A stretch of 64,000 bases of DNA from Lama guanicoe (taxonomy: Eukaryota). A program made the translations under genes and the position numbers. The number at the start of each line of letters is the position of its first letter. Position 1 is the first letter of the stretch. Of the stretch, positions 50,300 to 62,248 are shown one piece after another. The stretch covers positions 4,987,567-5,051,566 of the forward strand of contig MU053629.1 in the NCBI GenBank assembly GCA_013239625.1, read 5' to 3'. The notes beneath the pieces are model-generated. The model had not been told where the DNA came from and ran no database searches. It saw only the letters and a list, made by a program, of their open reading frames with translations.

Positions 50300-52780
50300 T
50301 TTACTAACTGTTGGTCAAGTTCCTACCTCCTTACCCTCTTCCCTTCCGCAGTCACTTTAAACCTTGGCCATACTTTACTCAAACATTATCCCCTCTCTTT
50401 CAACACACTGCCAGTACAAGACAATTGAGGCTACAAGATGTGAATTCTCTAAACTGCCCATTTCTTCCTCAGTCTTAATGTCACCATAACCAATTTTCAA
50501 CTTAACCTTCATTTGTACCCAACGTACTTACTTACTCTCTTCAATCTCAGGAGGAAGTGTCCCCTTTTTTGGCCAAAGTTAATCTTTTATTGATTTATTC
50601 TTCTCATTCAAAAGATTGTACTAAGAGTCTACTGTGTTCCAGGCACAGGAGAATATAGCATGAAACAAAACACACAATGTGTCTGCATCCATCAGAAGGT
50701 TGTAGTCTGGTGGGAAAGACAGAATTAAATGATTGCACAAGTCATTAGTGAATTACGGTTGTGACATGTGTCTTAAAGAAGAAAGACAGGGAACTCTGGA
50801 GGTAACATCAGGAGAACATAGTCCTCTGGTGTTGTGATGTTTGAGACAAGACTATAAGGATGAGACAGTTAAGCCCCAACATGGGAGGAGATACGCCAAG
50901 AAACAAGGCCAGTGGAGTTAGAGTGGAGAGAACAGAGGAGGAAAGTGGTGAGAGAGAGAGAGCCATGGGGTGAGTTCATATGGGTCATATAAAGACAGAT
51001 GGTAGAAAACCTGTAAAGGATTTTTAAACAGAGTGGTATGATCACATGTGGGCAATAAAAAGATCACTTAAAAGACAGAATTGAAGGGGAGCTAGGCTGA
51101 TAAAATGCGACCAGTTAGGAACCTGCTGTACAGATACGAGATGAGTATGTCTCGTGCAACAGTAACGATGATGGAAGCAGAAGTCGATGGTTTGAGAAGT
51201 TGTTGAAGAGAGAAAGTGGTGATGGATTACATGTGGGGAGTGAAGAAAAAGAAGTGAAGGAGGAGTTCTAGGCTTCTTGCTTAAGCACTGGGTTGCCTAT
51301 CAGGGCCATTTGCCGAAGTGGAGAGCAGTGCTGTAAAGATTACGTTGCAAGATCAGAGTGCGCTCTTGGCCTTTCAGTATGAGAGGTCTGTGAGGCATCC
51401 CGGTAGAGATGCTCAGACGCAGTTACTGTTTTCAGTTCCTTCCACTCTACAGGCTCTTTCTGTCGATCTTGCTTGTCAAGCCTTTTTCATCCTTTAAAAA
51501 ATACACAAAAACAACCTGCTCTCTAGATAGAGCTCTGTGTTCCTCCTATTGTCCTCATCCCGGTTTCTTCAAAGAGCAGTCTGCGCGTCCCTTTCTACCT
51601 CATCGCTGAAACCCATTGAACTTTTAACTCCCATCATTCCACTGAAACTACTCTTGCCTATGTCACAAGTGACAGTCTGCCAGATTTAAACTTGTCTTTT
51701 CAGCTTTCATCTTAAATATTTTTGCTGCGTTTCATACCAGAAACTTTCTCCTTGAAATTCTCTTCCTCTGTGTCTTCTCAATCACTTGCCTTCAGTGAAT
51801 TCTCTTAAGAGAAACATCCTAAATGTTTTCCCTGAGTTTTCATCTTTGGTCCACTTCTCTGCATCCTTTCTCTAGAGATAATCACATTCACTCTTGTGGT
51901 TTAAATTAGCACCAACTCAAATTTTTTTTGAAAAGAATTAGCACCAACTCTCAAATACATATTTTCATCCCAGACCTTCCCCTGAATTTCGCGTGTAGAT
52001 ACACATAGCTGTCTTCACCAAAACGTGCCACTGGTTCTTCAAATTCAAGTAGTTAAAACTGAACTCAGCAAGTTCTGTCAGACATACACTCGAAATATTT
52101 CTCAAATCTGTTGAGAGTTCTCTCTCTCCCTACCGTCTTTGCCCTCATTTAGCTCTCGGTTCTTGCCTTTATTTTTAAAACCTATTCTTAAATAATACAT
52201 TCCTCTCCTTTCTTGGCTCACCTCTTCATACCTCCCTTCTGGCAGCAGTCTGAGTGATTAATACAGATCTGATCTTACTGTTCCTTTGCAAATCCATGGC
52301 TTCCTAACACCTATGGAGTGAAAACCCCAGCTTTGTTAGCATGACATCTGTGTACAGCTTTCCATGATGTAGCACCTGCTTAGTACTTTCTTGTGTCATC
52401 TGCATTCACTCTTCTTCTCTTTCTTTATATCCCAAAGATAATGAGGTTTTTTTTCCTCTTCTCACTGCTTTGCAAGTATTAACCAGTATTGTTCTCTGTG
52501 CCTCAGAACTTCTCTGGTGCCTCTCTGTCTAACTCTAGTTACCCTTCATGTTTCACTTTTTCCAGGAGGCACCTCCAGAACCCCCAAGAGTAGCAGCGTT
52601 GACTTCCAGCTAGTTTCTGTCAGAGTACATTCAAGATGATGTCACCAAGTGTCTGCTCTCTACTAGACTGAGTTCCTTTGGGCAGGAATTTAATCTTACC
52701 TTTCTTTGAATTCCTAGTGCTTATTAGCACAGTGCCTGGCACATAGTAGATCCTCAGACTTTTCTTAAGTAAACTGATGA
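50300..52780. mobile_element. L2 cluster: + strand L2 (50300-50585 and 51420-52780) interrupted by a - strand L2 (50590-51420)
   Basis: Abrupt pyrimidine-rich / purine-rich / pyrimidine-rich switch. L2 3' ends at 50600 (-, ttcattcaaaag...ctactgtgttccaggcac) and 52750 (+, agcacagtgcctggcacatagtaga). Confidence 0.75.
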
Positions 52781-52792
52781 AAAGAGGTCTTG

Positions 52793-52940
52793 GAGAGGAG
52801 AGGGTACAGCTCAAGTGGTAGAGCGCATGCTGAGCATGCACAAGGTCCTGGGTTCAATCCCCAGTACCTCCATTGAAAAAAAACTAAAATGAAATGAATA
52901 AACCTAATTACCTCCCCCTTGCAAAAAAAAAAAAGAGAGA
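52793..52940 (+). mobile_element. tRNA-Ala-derived SINE (camelid vic-1-like)
   Basis: gagggtacagctcaagtggtagagcgcatgctgagcatgcacaaggtcctgggttcaatccccagtacctcc, then aataaacctaattacctcccc and poly-A. Flanks agaggtcttg / agagatcttg. Confidence 0.92.
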
Positions 52941-53079
52941 GAGAGATCTTGAGTTAAAGATCGGATCTCTGTGCCTCTGTTTTCTTGCTTATAAAATGAA
53001 GTATTGGATTTAATGTATTCAGTTATTTCCCAGCCTTAAAATTTTTTAAGATAGAAATTATTTTTTAAAAAACCTAGAA

Positions 53080-53270
53080 TGGCACTGTCTAATAGAACAA
53101 TCTGTGATGATGGAAATGTTCTGTATCTGCACTGTCCCATGTGGTAGCCACCAGCAAACTGTGTCTATTGAGCATTTGAAATGTGGTAGTGCAAACGAGG
53201 ACCTGAATTTTAAATTTCATTAAATTTAAATATAGCCACTTAGGACTAGTGGCTACCTCTCACAGCACAT
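53080..53270. mobile_element. MER3-like hAT-Charlie DNA transposon relic
   Basis: gcactgtctaatagaacaatctgtgatgatggaaatgttctgtatctgcactgtcc...ggtagccac...ctagtggctac matches the recalled MER3 consensus. Confidence 0.85.
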
Positions 53271-53549
53271 GACAGTAGGGATTTAAAAAGATTAATTTTA
53301 AATGTGACTAACTTTAACTTTATTAAAGGTCATATAGTGCAATACTGTAATCGCTGCAGCTCACAGTGACACGAGAAGACTTACCACATGGTGGTTGACG
53401 GAGCAGGGTGAATACTAACTCTGGTTTTTATTTTTCACTCCCTTGCCCACAAAGGATAAGTACTTTACTTACTTTGTTTTTCCTCCATACTTTCTTGTGA
53501 AATTTAACGTAGTGATTTCTACCCCCTGTCTATCTTTCTTCCTTTATTT

Positions 53550-55720
53550 TGGTTATGTTTATTGAAGTATAGTTTACAAGCAGTAAAAATTCACCTTTTT
53601 AAGTGTACAGTTTGGTGAGTTTGACAGGCATATACAGTCATTAACCACATGCCGCAGTTAAAATGTATAACATTCTTCACTCCAGAAAGTTCCCCTGTGG
53701 CCCTTTTAGTCCAGCTTGTCCCCTTACCCCCGTTCCTGTAACCATTGGTGTGGTTTCTGTCTCTGTAGTTCTGCCTTTTCCAGAACATCAGGCGCTTGCG
53801 ATCCCGCAGCAGGTAGCCTTTCGTTCCCGGCTTCTCTCCCATAGCATACTGCTTTTAGGTGCATCCATGTAGTTGGATCATCTTCATTACTGAGTAGTGT
53901 TCCATTTATATGTACTGTAATTTGTTCATCCACTTATCAGTTTATGGGCATTTAGATTGCTTCTAGTTTTGCATTGTCATGAGTAAAGCTGCTGACACAT
54001 TTGCGTTTTGCATATAGATACATCAGTTTTGTGGACATACGTTTTCATTTCTCTTGGGTAAATATTTAGGACTGGGATTGCTGGGTTACATGATAAATGT
54101 TTGGAAACAGACTAGCAGTCTCTTATTAAGTGCCTATTCCATTTTGTATTCCCACCAACAACGTATGAGGTTTTGAGTTGTCCCCACCCTCACTAGTGCT
54201 TGGTATTATCAGACTGCTGTGATTTTAGCTCTTCTGGTCACTGTGTAGTGACATGTAGTTGTGGTTTTAGTTGGTGTTTTTCTAATGACTGATGGTGTTA
54301 AGCATCTTTTCCTGTGCTTCCTGCCATCCTTACGGCTTCTTTGATGAAATGTCTATTCACATCTTTCCCCCATTTCTTTTATAGTCTGTGCTTTTTGTAT
54401 GCCATGAAATCTTTGCCTAACCCAAGGTCACAAATAGTTTTCTTCTGTTTTTCTTTTAGAAGTTTTATTTTTTTAGCTGTTCAATTTAGGCCTACAATTT
54501 AATTTTTTATATGACTCAAGGTAAGGTTAGATGTCCACCTTCTCCCCACCCAACCCCCCCCATAGATACCAAGTTGTTCCATAATGTTTGTCAAAAATAC
54601 TAATTTTTCCTCCATTCAATTATGTTAGAACCTGTGTCAAAAACCAATTGACCACAGATATATGAATTTATTTCTGGTCCCCATTATTTTCCATTGACCT
54701 ATTTACCTATCCTTATGCAAATAACAGTCTTAATTACTAAAACTTGATAGTAATTCTTGAAATTAAGTAGTTCTCCAACTTTTTCTTCTTAAGAATTGTT
54801 TTGACTAAGTCAAACAATTTTAAGTACAATATATAAAAAGATAATACATAGTGATCAACTAAGGTTTATTCCAGGAATATCAGGTTGATACAACATTCAA
54901 ATATCAATCAATACAATTCACGTCAGCAAACTAAAAAAGAAAAAATCATCAGACCATCTCCATAGACGCAAAAAAAAGCATTTGGTCAAATTCAATATCC
55001 ATTCATGATAAAACTCAGCAAAATAAAGAGAAGGGAATTACTTCAATGTAGTAAAGGGTATTTACAAAAAGCCTTTAGCTAATATCATAGTTAATGGTGA
55101 AAAACTTAAATGCTTCACCCCTAAGATCGGGAATAAGGCAAGAATATCTGCTCTTAATACCTCTATTCAGCATTGCCCTTGAGGTCCTGGCCAGCACAGT
55201 ATGCAAGAGAAAAAAAAGAAGCATATGCATTAGAAATGAATAAATAATTATTGTCTTTATTTGAAGATGACCTCACTGTGTAGGAAAACCCCCCAAAAAG
55301 CTACTAGAGCTAATATGTGAATTTAACAAGGTTGCAGAATACAAGGTCACTTTGTAAAAATTGTATTTCTACTAGCTGTAAACAATTGGAGATTGAAATT
55401 CAAAAAATAAGAATTTACTATAACATCCAAAAGCATGAAATACTTACGGCTATATTACACAAAATATGTGCAAGATTTGTATGCTGAAAACTATAAAACA
55501 TTGATGAGAGGAATTAAAATAAGCCCTGAATAATGGAGAGATATATCATGTTAATGGATCAGAATACTCATTGTGATTGATCTATAGATTGAATTCAATC
55601 CATCAAGATCGTGATGTATTAAAAGTATTGCCTAAGATGGAGTCTGTGATGGCAAAGGTAAAAGGCAAAGCTCTTTAAATAGAAATTGACAAGCTGATTC
55701 TAAAATAATTTCACAAACTT
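53550..55720. mobile_element. L1: 3' end and ORF2 on - (53550-54810) joined to ORF2 RT region on + (54825-55720)
   Basis: Antisense 3' UTR at 53560. Sense RT-region motifs gatcaactaaggtttattccaggaat, ctattcagcattgcccttgaggtcctggccagcacagt, tttatttgaagatgac. Confidence 0.85.
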
Positions 55721-55789
55721 CATCTCTGAAAGAAAGTGAACATACAAGTCACATTTTAAGTCACAGTAACTAACAGTTTTTGAGTATAA

Positions 55790-55975
55790 TGTTAGGTTAT
55801 TTTAAAGCATTTTATTTGTATTAACTTCATTTGCTCCTTAAAACAATGCTATTTTGAGGTTCACTTATTGTTCCCATTTACAAGATGATGAAACTGAGGC
55901 ACAGAAATGTTAAGTGACTAAGTCTGAATTCTAACCTAGACAGGCTCTAGATCCTATATTCTGAACCACTACCTC
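55790..55975 (-). mobile_element. MIR relic
   Basis: cccatttacaagatgatgaaactgaggcacagaaatgttaagtgact is the MIR core. Confidence 0.8.
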
Positions 55976-56474
55976 AGGTTGCCTTTCCTGTTTCAGTTTC
56001 TTTTCAGAATACTAACACTGAACTTTGTTTTCCATGAAGCTCATATTATGATCTATGGAATTGCTTCATTTAAATGGAAGTTTAAGTAGACAAAACCTAG
56101 AGTCAGTTACTTTTCCCATTGCTGTGTGTATGGTGGGTGTTAGAAGGGTGGTTGATGAAGACATGCAGAATGGTTAGTAATCACATTAGAATTCTACCTT
56201 CGTGCTTGTTTTGTATGGCAATTATTTGTTACCTTTAAAAAGATACTCTTCATTATATGTATCTTCATAAGAAAGGAGTGACTAAGATTGTGTCTATAAT
56301 GGCAAAGGCATACTTTTCATAATTTACATACAGTATTAATTAACATAAGTGATGTGATAACTGTATTTTCCAAACTAAAACCCTGTATGCCTTTTTAGAT
56401 ATGATAAACAGCCTCTATGTAGACTTTAAAATTCTGGAGTTTTTAGGCTATGAATAAATAGACTTTTTAGTCTG

Positions 56475-56612
56475 TCGTCAGAATCGCATCTAGGGCTTTT
56501 TAAAAACTACCCATTAGTGTCCCTCTTCTCCATTCTGATTCAGTGTGCAGTTATAAATTAGAAAGCTCTGTGGTGGTTCTGATGTGCATCTTAGTTGAGG
56601 TCTGCTAATTTA
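56475..56612. mobile_element. MER5-like hAT relic
   Basis: tcagaatcgcatctagggctttttaaaaa...attctgattcagt...gtggttctgatgtgca. Confidence 0.5.
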
Positions 56613-57823
56613 TGGAGACAACTGGATAAAATATCTAAAATTTGGACCATCTCAAAAAAAAATCCTGACTGTCTGATCATCATGTTTAATAAAGGCAGGA
56701 TTCTTAATTCTGATAAATGGTTATTAGTGCAACAAACATCTACTCTGAAATCATTCTTCCTTAGCCAAGTACTTTTCCCTTCCCCATTTTCTCCTATCTG
56801 TCTGTCTATAACTATCTGGTCACACTTAGTTATGCCTCAGCTCTGGAATTCTGTGATTGCCTATGTGCACAACTATGTGGGCCTCCTTACAGTTTCTGAA
56901 ATTATTGAAGTATTTAAGCATTTCCAACCTCATTTCTATGTTGAAGTTTAATTAAAGTTTCAAGGTTTTCAGACGTAACAGATAGCTCAGGCTTTCAGAT
57001 GAGAAGTATAAAGGTCATTGTTACATTAGACTGACCGAGAGTAATCGAATAGCTTTAAAGGTAAAATTATCAATTTACCAGGTACTTAAGAGAGGTACCA
57101 ATTACCTCTCTCAAGAACCATAGGAAATTTGAACTGAGAAGACTTGGAGGTTACCTATTTGTGGGTTGTTATTTTGCTGGAAGTAAAATTGAACTCAGAG
57201 AGGCTTAACTTGCCCAAGGTAGCATAATTAACTAGTTTATGGATAAATAAATGTAAACTCAAATAATCATATGGCAAAAAGGCAGTTGAACTTTTTTCTT
57301 CTTATAGTTTGAAATTAGAATTAACGTGTTAACAATAAATGTTTTGTTTATCTGAGCTTTGAAAAAACTTAAACATACTAGTTTTATAGTTCTTTTTTAT
57401 TAGTTCCTTTTAAAATAATATTAGTCATATTTAAAAGAAAGAAAATCTTTACCGTGTATCTTAGAGTTACAAAAGAACAAGGGTCTGACATCACTTGCAT
57501 ACGTCAACCTGCCATAGAAATTTTTTCTGTTACTGCAATGCAGTTTTTATTTTGTGGGTGAAAAATAGGGAACTTAGAGGAAATGTAGTCAGTCTGTAGA
57601 TGTACAATTGTTTTCCTTCCTTTGCTTATGGCAGAGATTGTAAACCATATCACTGTTTTTATCTTTTAATTCAATTAATTGGAAAATAATTGAGCAGATT
57701 ATTTTTGAGTTCCTTTTTTTAAAAGTTCCTCATTTTAAGTTTCCCATTCTTTTTCTTATATTGCATCAGTGATATATCTGTAATAAACTTCTTCTATTTG
57801 TTTTTCTCTTCGATGAATGTCAG

Positions 57824-57897
57824 TTAAAGAGAAATTGACCGCGGATCCAGACAGTGAAATAGCTACAACCAGCCTGAGGGTTTCTCTTCTGTGTCCA
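57824..57897 (+). CDS. PIAS1: PIAS1 internal coding exon (74 nt, ~exon 8): (I)[24 protein letters not shown], start of SP-RING
   Basis: Acceptor tttttctcttcgatgaatgtcag|T and donor CCA|gtaagt. The split codon A|TT continues the frame from the previous exon. Confidence 0.97.
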
Positions 57898-58541
57898 GTA
57901 AGTGTTAACTAATACTTGCTCTCCAGAAGGCTTGGTGTGCTTTTTTTTTTTATTAAGTATTTCCACTGTTTGAGAAATTCTGTTAACTTTGAAACATGCC
58001 CGTTTTTGGTTACAGTTTATGAAAAGTAAAAGACATTGTTATTTAGTCTTAGGATTTGAAATCTAAACAAACGTATGTCTATAAAATTTTTCTTCTCTTA
58101 ATAAGTTATATTTAAATATTGCTTGTAGTTACTAACTGACTGTCTCTTAGACTTAAAGTGTAAAATCTCCAAATAAGGCATATTTATTATATCAGGGTAT
58201 TTATTATAATTTCATTTTTTAAAATAGTATACTTCTAAATAAAAATCTGGCCATGATTATTCACACATTCAACTTAACCATTTTGCCAACAATGACTATA
58301 TTATAAGAATACACCAATTAAAAACTATTCTCTTTAGCCTGAGTAATTGAATTGGTTATGCATATAAAAATAAACTAGAAATATTTTTAAACCAGAAAAT
58401 GAGATCAATTTCAATCATTTCTACGAAATTAATATACCAAATGATTAAACTTTGAGTGAAAAAGTTTCCAAAAAATGTGTTGTTAAGGTTTATTTTTTAC
58501 CTGTTTTTTTGGGGGGATTTTGTTGTTGTTTTGGTTTTAAT

Positions 58542-58685
58542 CTTTTTTTTTTTTTCTTGAGGGAGGTCATTAGATTTATTTATTCATTCTAATTTACTTG
58601 TTTGTTTGTTAATAGAGGTGCCAGGGATTGAACCCAGGACTTCATACATGCTAAGCTCATCTACCACTGAGCTATACCCTCCCCC
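58542..58685 (-). mobile_element. tRNA-derived SINE (camelid vic-1-like)
   Basis: gggattgaacccaggac...catgctaagc...ctaccactgagctataccctccccc preceded by a T-rich tail. Confidence 0.88.
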
Positions 58686-58964
58686 ACAACTGGTTTGATG
58701 TTAGGTCCATCAGTACTAGGAATGGTAGTTGAATGATGCTTTCATATAAAAATATATGAAAAACTAAGAGTAAATTACTTTGACATTTTGATTACCTTTT
58801 GTTCTATAATTAATCAAACGAATCATATCTAAACTGGGGAGAAAGTATGAAAAATAAGAGGACATAGCTGTTTCCTAATTTGCTGGGATTGTTAAGGCAA
58901 GACTGATATTGAAAGCTTTTAATATTGGAAATCCTACTAATCTAAAATGAAGCTGAAGTTATTC

Positions 58965-59082
58965 TTTTGGCAGGGGGGGAGGTAATTAGGTTTATTTGTT
59001 TATTTATAGAGGAGGTACTGGGAATTGACCCCAGGACCTTGTGCATGCTGAGCATGCGCTCTACCACTTTGAGCTATTCTCT
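58965..59082 (-). mobile_element. tRNA-derived SINE (camelid vic-1-like)
   Basis: ggggaggtaattaggtttatt...ggaggtactgggaattgaccccaggaccttgtgcatgctgagcatgcgctctaccactttgagcta. Confidence 0.9.
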
Positions 59083-59479
59083 CTATTTATTCTTAAAGAA
59101 ACAAAAATTTTTAACAGAAAATGTTATTTGTTCTGTATCTCAGTCTTTATAGACTGAGGTTTATCAAACCTCAAACACAGTATGAAAAAGTTATCAGCTG
59201 ATGAATCAATTTATAATACAGTATTTTGTGTAGCTTTTTTTTAATTTTGTTTTACCATTGATAATGGAACTCCTGTTCATTATTAAGTTTCTATAAATCA
59301 TAGGAAAAAAATACAGTGAAGTTAATAAAAACCAAGAAATGTATCATTTTGTATATATCCTTCTATCTTTTTATTCCTTACTATAGCCAGTCATTTTTTT
59401 AGGGAAAATATTTTGACTCCAGGCTTTTTATATTATGGTTTAAAATGTGTAAATTCTTTCCTAAATACATGATGCAATG

Positions 59480-62248
59480 ATTGACAGAACTGAAGGGAGT
59501 AATAGACAGTAACACAGTAATAGTAGGAGACTTCAATACCTCACTTTTGGTTATAGATAGAACAGCCAGACAGGAGGACAATAAGGAAGCAAAGGACTTA
59601 AACAACACTATATACCAATTGGACCTAACAGACACATGCCGAGTACTGCACCCAGCAAAGCAGATTACACATTCCTCTCAAGTGCACACAGCACATTTTC
59701 TAAGATACAGAATATGGTAGGCTACAAACAAGTCCTAGCAAATTTAAGATTAAAATCATATTAAATATCTTCTCTAACCACAGTGGGATGAAACTAGAAA
59801 TCAGTAACCGGAGATAGAAAGGAAAATCCATAAGTAGGAGGAAATTAAACAGTGCATTCTTAAACAACCAATGGGTCAAAGAAGAAATCACAAAGGAATT
59901 TAGAAAATATCTGAAGACAAATTAAGTGAAAACACAATATACCAAAACTTAAGGGATGCAACAGAAGCAGTAGGAAGAGGGAAGTTTATAGCGGTAAATG
60001 CTTACATTAAAAAAGGAAAAAGGTCTCAAATCAGCAACCTAACCTTATACCTCAAGCAACTAGAAAAAGAAAAACAAACTAAACCCGAGGTCAGCAGAAG
60101 GAAGGAAATAATTGAAGATTAGAGCAAAGATAAATGAAATAGAGAATAGAAAAACAGACTGAAAAAATCAGGAAATCAGGGGTTGGTTGTTTTTTTTTTT
60201 TTTTAAAGATTAGCAGAATTGACAAACCCTTAGCTAAACTAAGGAAAAAAGCGGGAAGACTCAAATAGCTAAAATTAGAAATGAAAGAGGAGACATTATA
60301 ACTGATGTCACAGAAATAAAAAGGATTATAAGAGACTGCTGTGCCAGAACATTGGCAAAGAAGAAATGGATAAATTCCTAGGAGGGAGAGATGAATAGAT
60401 GGAGCACAAGTGATTTTTTAGGGCAGTGAAATTATTCTGTATGATACTATAGTGGCTACATGTCATTATGCATTTGTCAAAGCCCATAGAATGTACAACG
60501 TCACAAGTGAACCCTAATGTAAACTCTGGACTTTGGTTGATAATAATGTGTCCATGTTGGTTCATCGATTGTACCAAATATGCCACACTGATGAGGGATG
60601 TTGAGGGTAGGGGAGTGTATATGTGTGGGTGGGGAGGGCTTTGTGGGAACGCTCTATTTTCTGCTCAGTTCTACTGTAAACCTGAAACTGCTCTAAAAAA
60701 AATAAAGTCTATTAAAAGAAAAAAAAAAGCAGTGGATAAATTCCTAGAAACTTACAACCTACCAAGACTGAATCATGAAGAAATAAGAAATCTGAACAAA
60801 CTTACAAGTAGTGAGGAGACTGAAGCAGCAATGAAAACCTCCCAATAAAGAAAAACCCAGGACCCTACGGCTTCACTGGAGAATCCTCCCAAACATTTAA
60901 AGAAGAATTAACACCAGTCCTTTTCTAACTCTTCCAAAGAATCGAAGAAAGAATATTCCCAAACCCATTCTGTGAAGCTAGCATTATTGATCCCCAAACC
61001 ATACACAGACATAACAAGACTACATAGAGGGTCTCTTTAAACAGGTGGCATTGGGAAAGCTGGATATTCACGTCCAAAATAATGAAGTTGGACCCCTACT
61101 TTGCAGTATGTGCAAAAATTAACTCAAAATGGATTAAAAATCTAAACCATGAGATCTTAAATTGTTATATTCCTAGAAGAAAAAAATAGGGGAAAAGGTT
61201 CCGTTGAATTTGGCAGTGACTTCTTGGCCATGACACCAAAAGCATAGGCAACGAAAGCAAAAATAGACCCATGGGACTACACCAGACTTAAAACTTGTGC
61301 ATGTCAAAGGCAACAGTTAACAGGGTGAAAAGATAGCCTGTGGAATGGGAGAAAATAACTGTGAATTTTATACCTGAGAAGGAACTTTTACAGCCCAACA
61401 ACAACAACAAAAAACAAGCTGGTTAAAAGTAGGCAAAGGACTTGAATAGACTTTTCTCCCAAGAAGTTACACAGATGGCTGACAAGCACATGAAAAGATG
61501 TTCATCATCACTAATCATTAAGGAAATGCATGTCAAAATTACATAAGATAAACTTCACACTCTTCAGGATGGCCCTTGTCAATAAAACAGGGGATAATAA
61601 GAGTTGACAAGGATGCCAGAGACACTGGAACCCTTGTGTACTGTCGGTGGGAATGTAAAATGCTGCAGCCATTATGGAAAACAGTATGGAGTTTCCACAA
61701 AAATTTAAAAATAGAATTGCCGTGTCATCCAGCACTTCCTCTGGGTGAATATCCAAAAGAATTCAAAGCAAGATCTCAAAGAGATAATTTGCACACCCAC
61801 GTTTATCACGACATTATTCACAACAGCCAAGGGGTAGAAGCATCCCATATGTCCATCAAGAGATGAACAAATAAACTGTGTATATACACACAGTAGGATA
61901 TTGTGTATACAACATTAAAAAAGGAAGCAATCCTGTCCTGTGCTACGTATGGTTGAACCTTGAGAACATTACAATAAGCAAGATAAACCAGTCACAGAAG
62001 CATAAGTACTGGACGATTCCACTCCTGAAATACCTAAAGTAGTCAAAATCATAGAAACAAAGTTGAAAGGTGGTTACCAAGGGCTAGGGGGAGGGCAGAT
62101 TAGTGGGTACAGAGGTTCAGTGCTGCTGGATGAAGTTGTAGCTGCCTGTTACACAACACGAAAATATGTAGCATTACTGAATTGCACACTTTAAGATGGT
62201 TAAGGTGGTAAACTTAATGTTAATTTTTTTTTAACCACAATAAAAAAT
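59480..62248 (+). mobile_element. Internally deleted L1 (ORF2 endonuclease region to 3' UTR/poly-A), interrupted at 60382-60732
   Basis: ORF 59481 has the endonuclease motif VIVGDFNTSLLVIDR. Later DKFLETYNLPRLNHEEI and CRWECKMLQPLWKTVW. Ends ...caataaaaaa at ~62248. Confidence 0.9.
60382..60732 (+). mobile_element. L1MC-like 3' end inserted inside the host L1
   Basis: gtgaaccctaatgtaaactctggactttggttgataataatgtgtc...aataaagtctattaaaagaaaaaa. Perfect 15-bp TSD tggataaattcctag at 60367-60381 and 60733-60747. Confidence 0.88.

Noticed and set aside
52800..52872. tRNA-Ala-like sequence with A and B boxes (also 17580-17655, 59010-59080)
   Set aside because: Each is followed by a SINE body/A-tail, most have TSDs, and the acceptor stem is imperfect. 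These are SINE heads, not tRNA genes.
56595..56951. 118-aa ORF MRSANLWRQLDK...
   Set aside because: Non-ATG start, no recognisable domain or splice context, and it begins in a transposon relic; consistent with chance.
60468..60848. 126-aa ORF, the longest in the window
   Set aside because: Chimeric read-through from an L1MC-like 3' UTR and its poly-A into host L1 ORF2.
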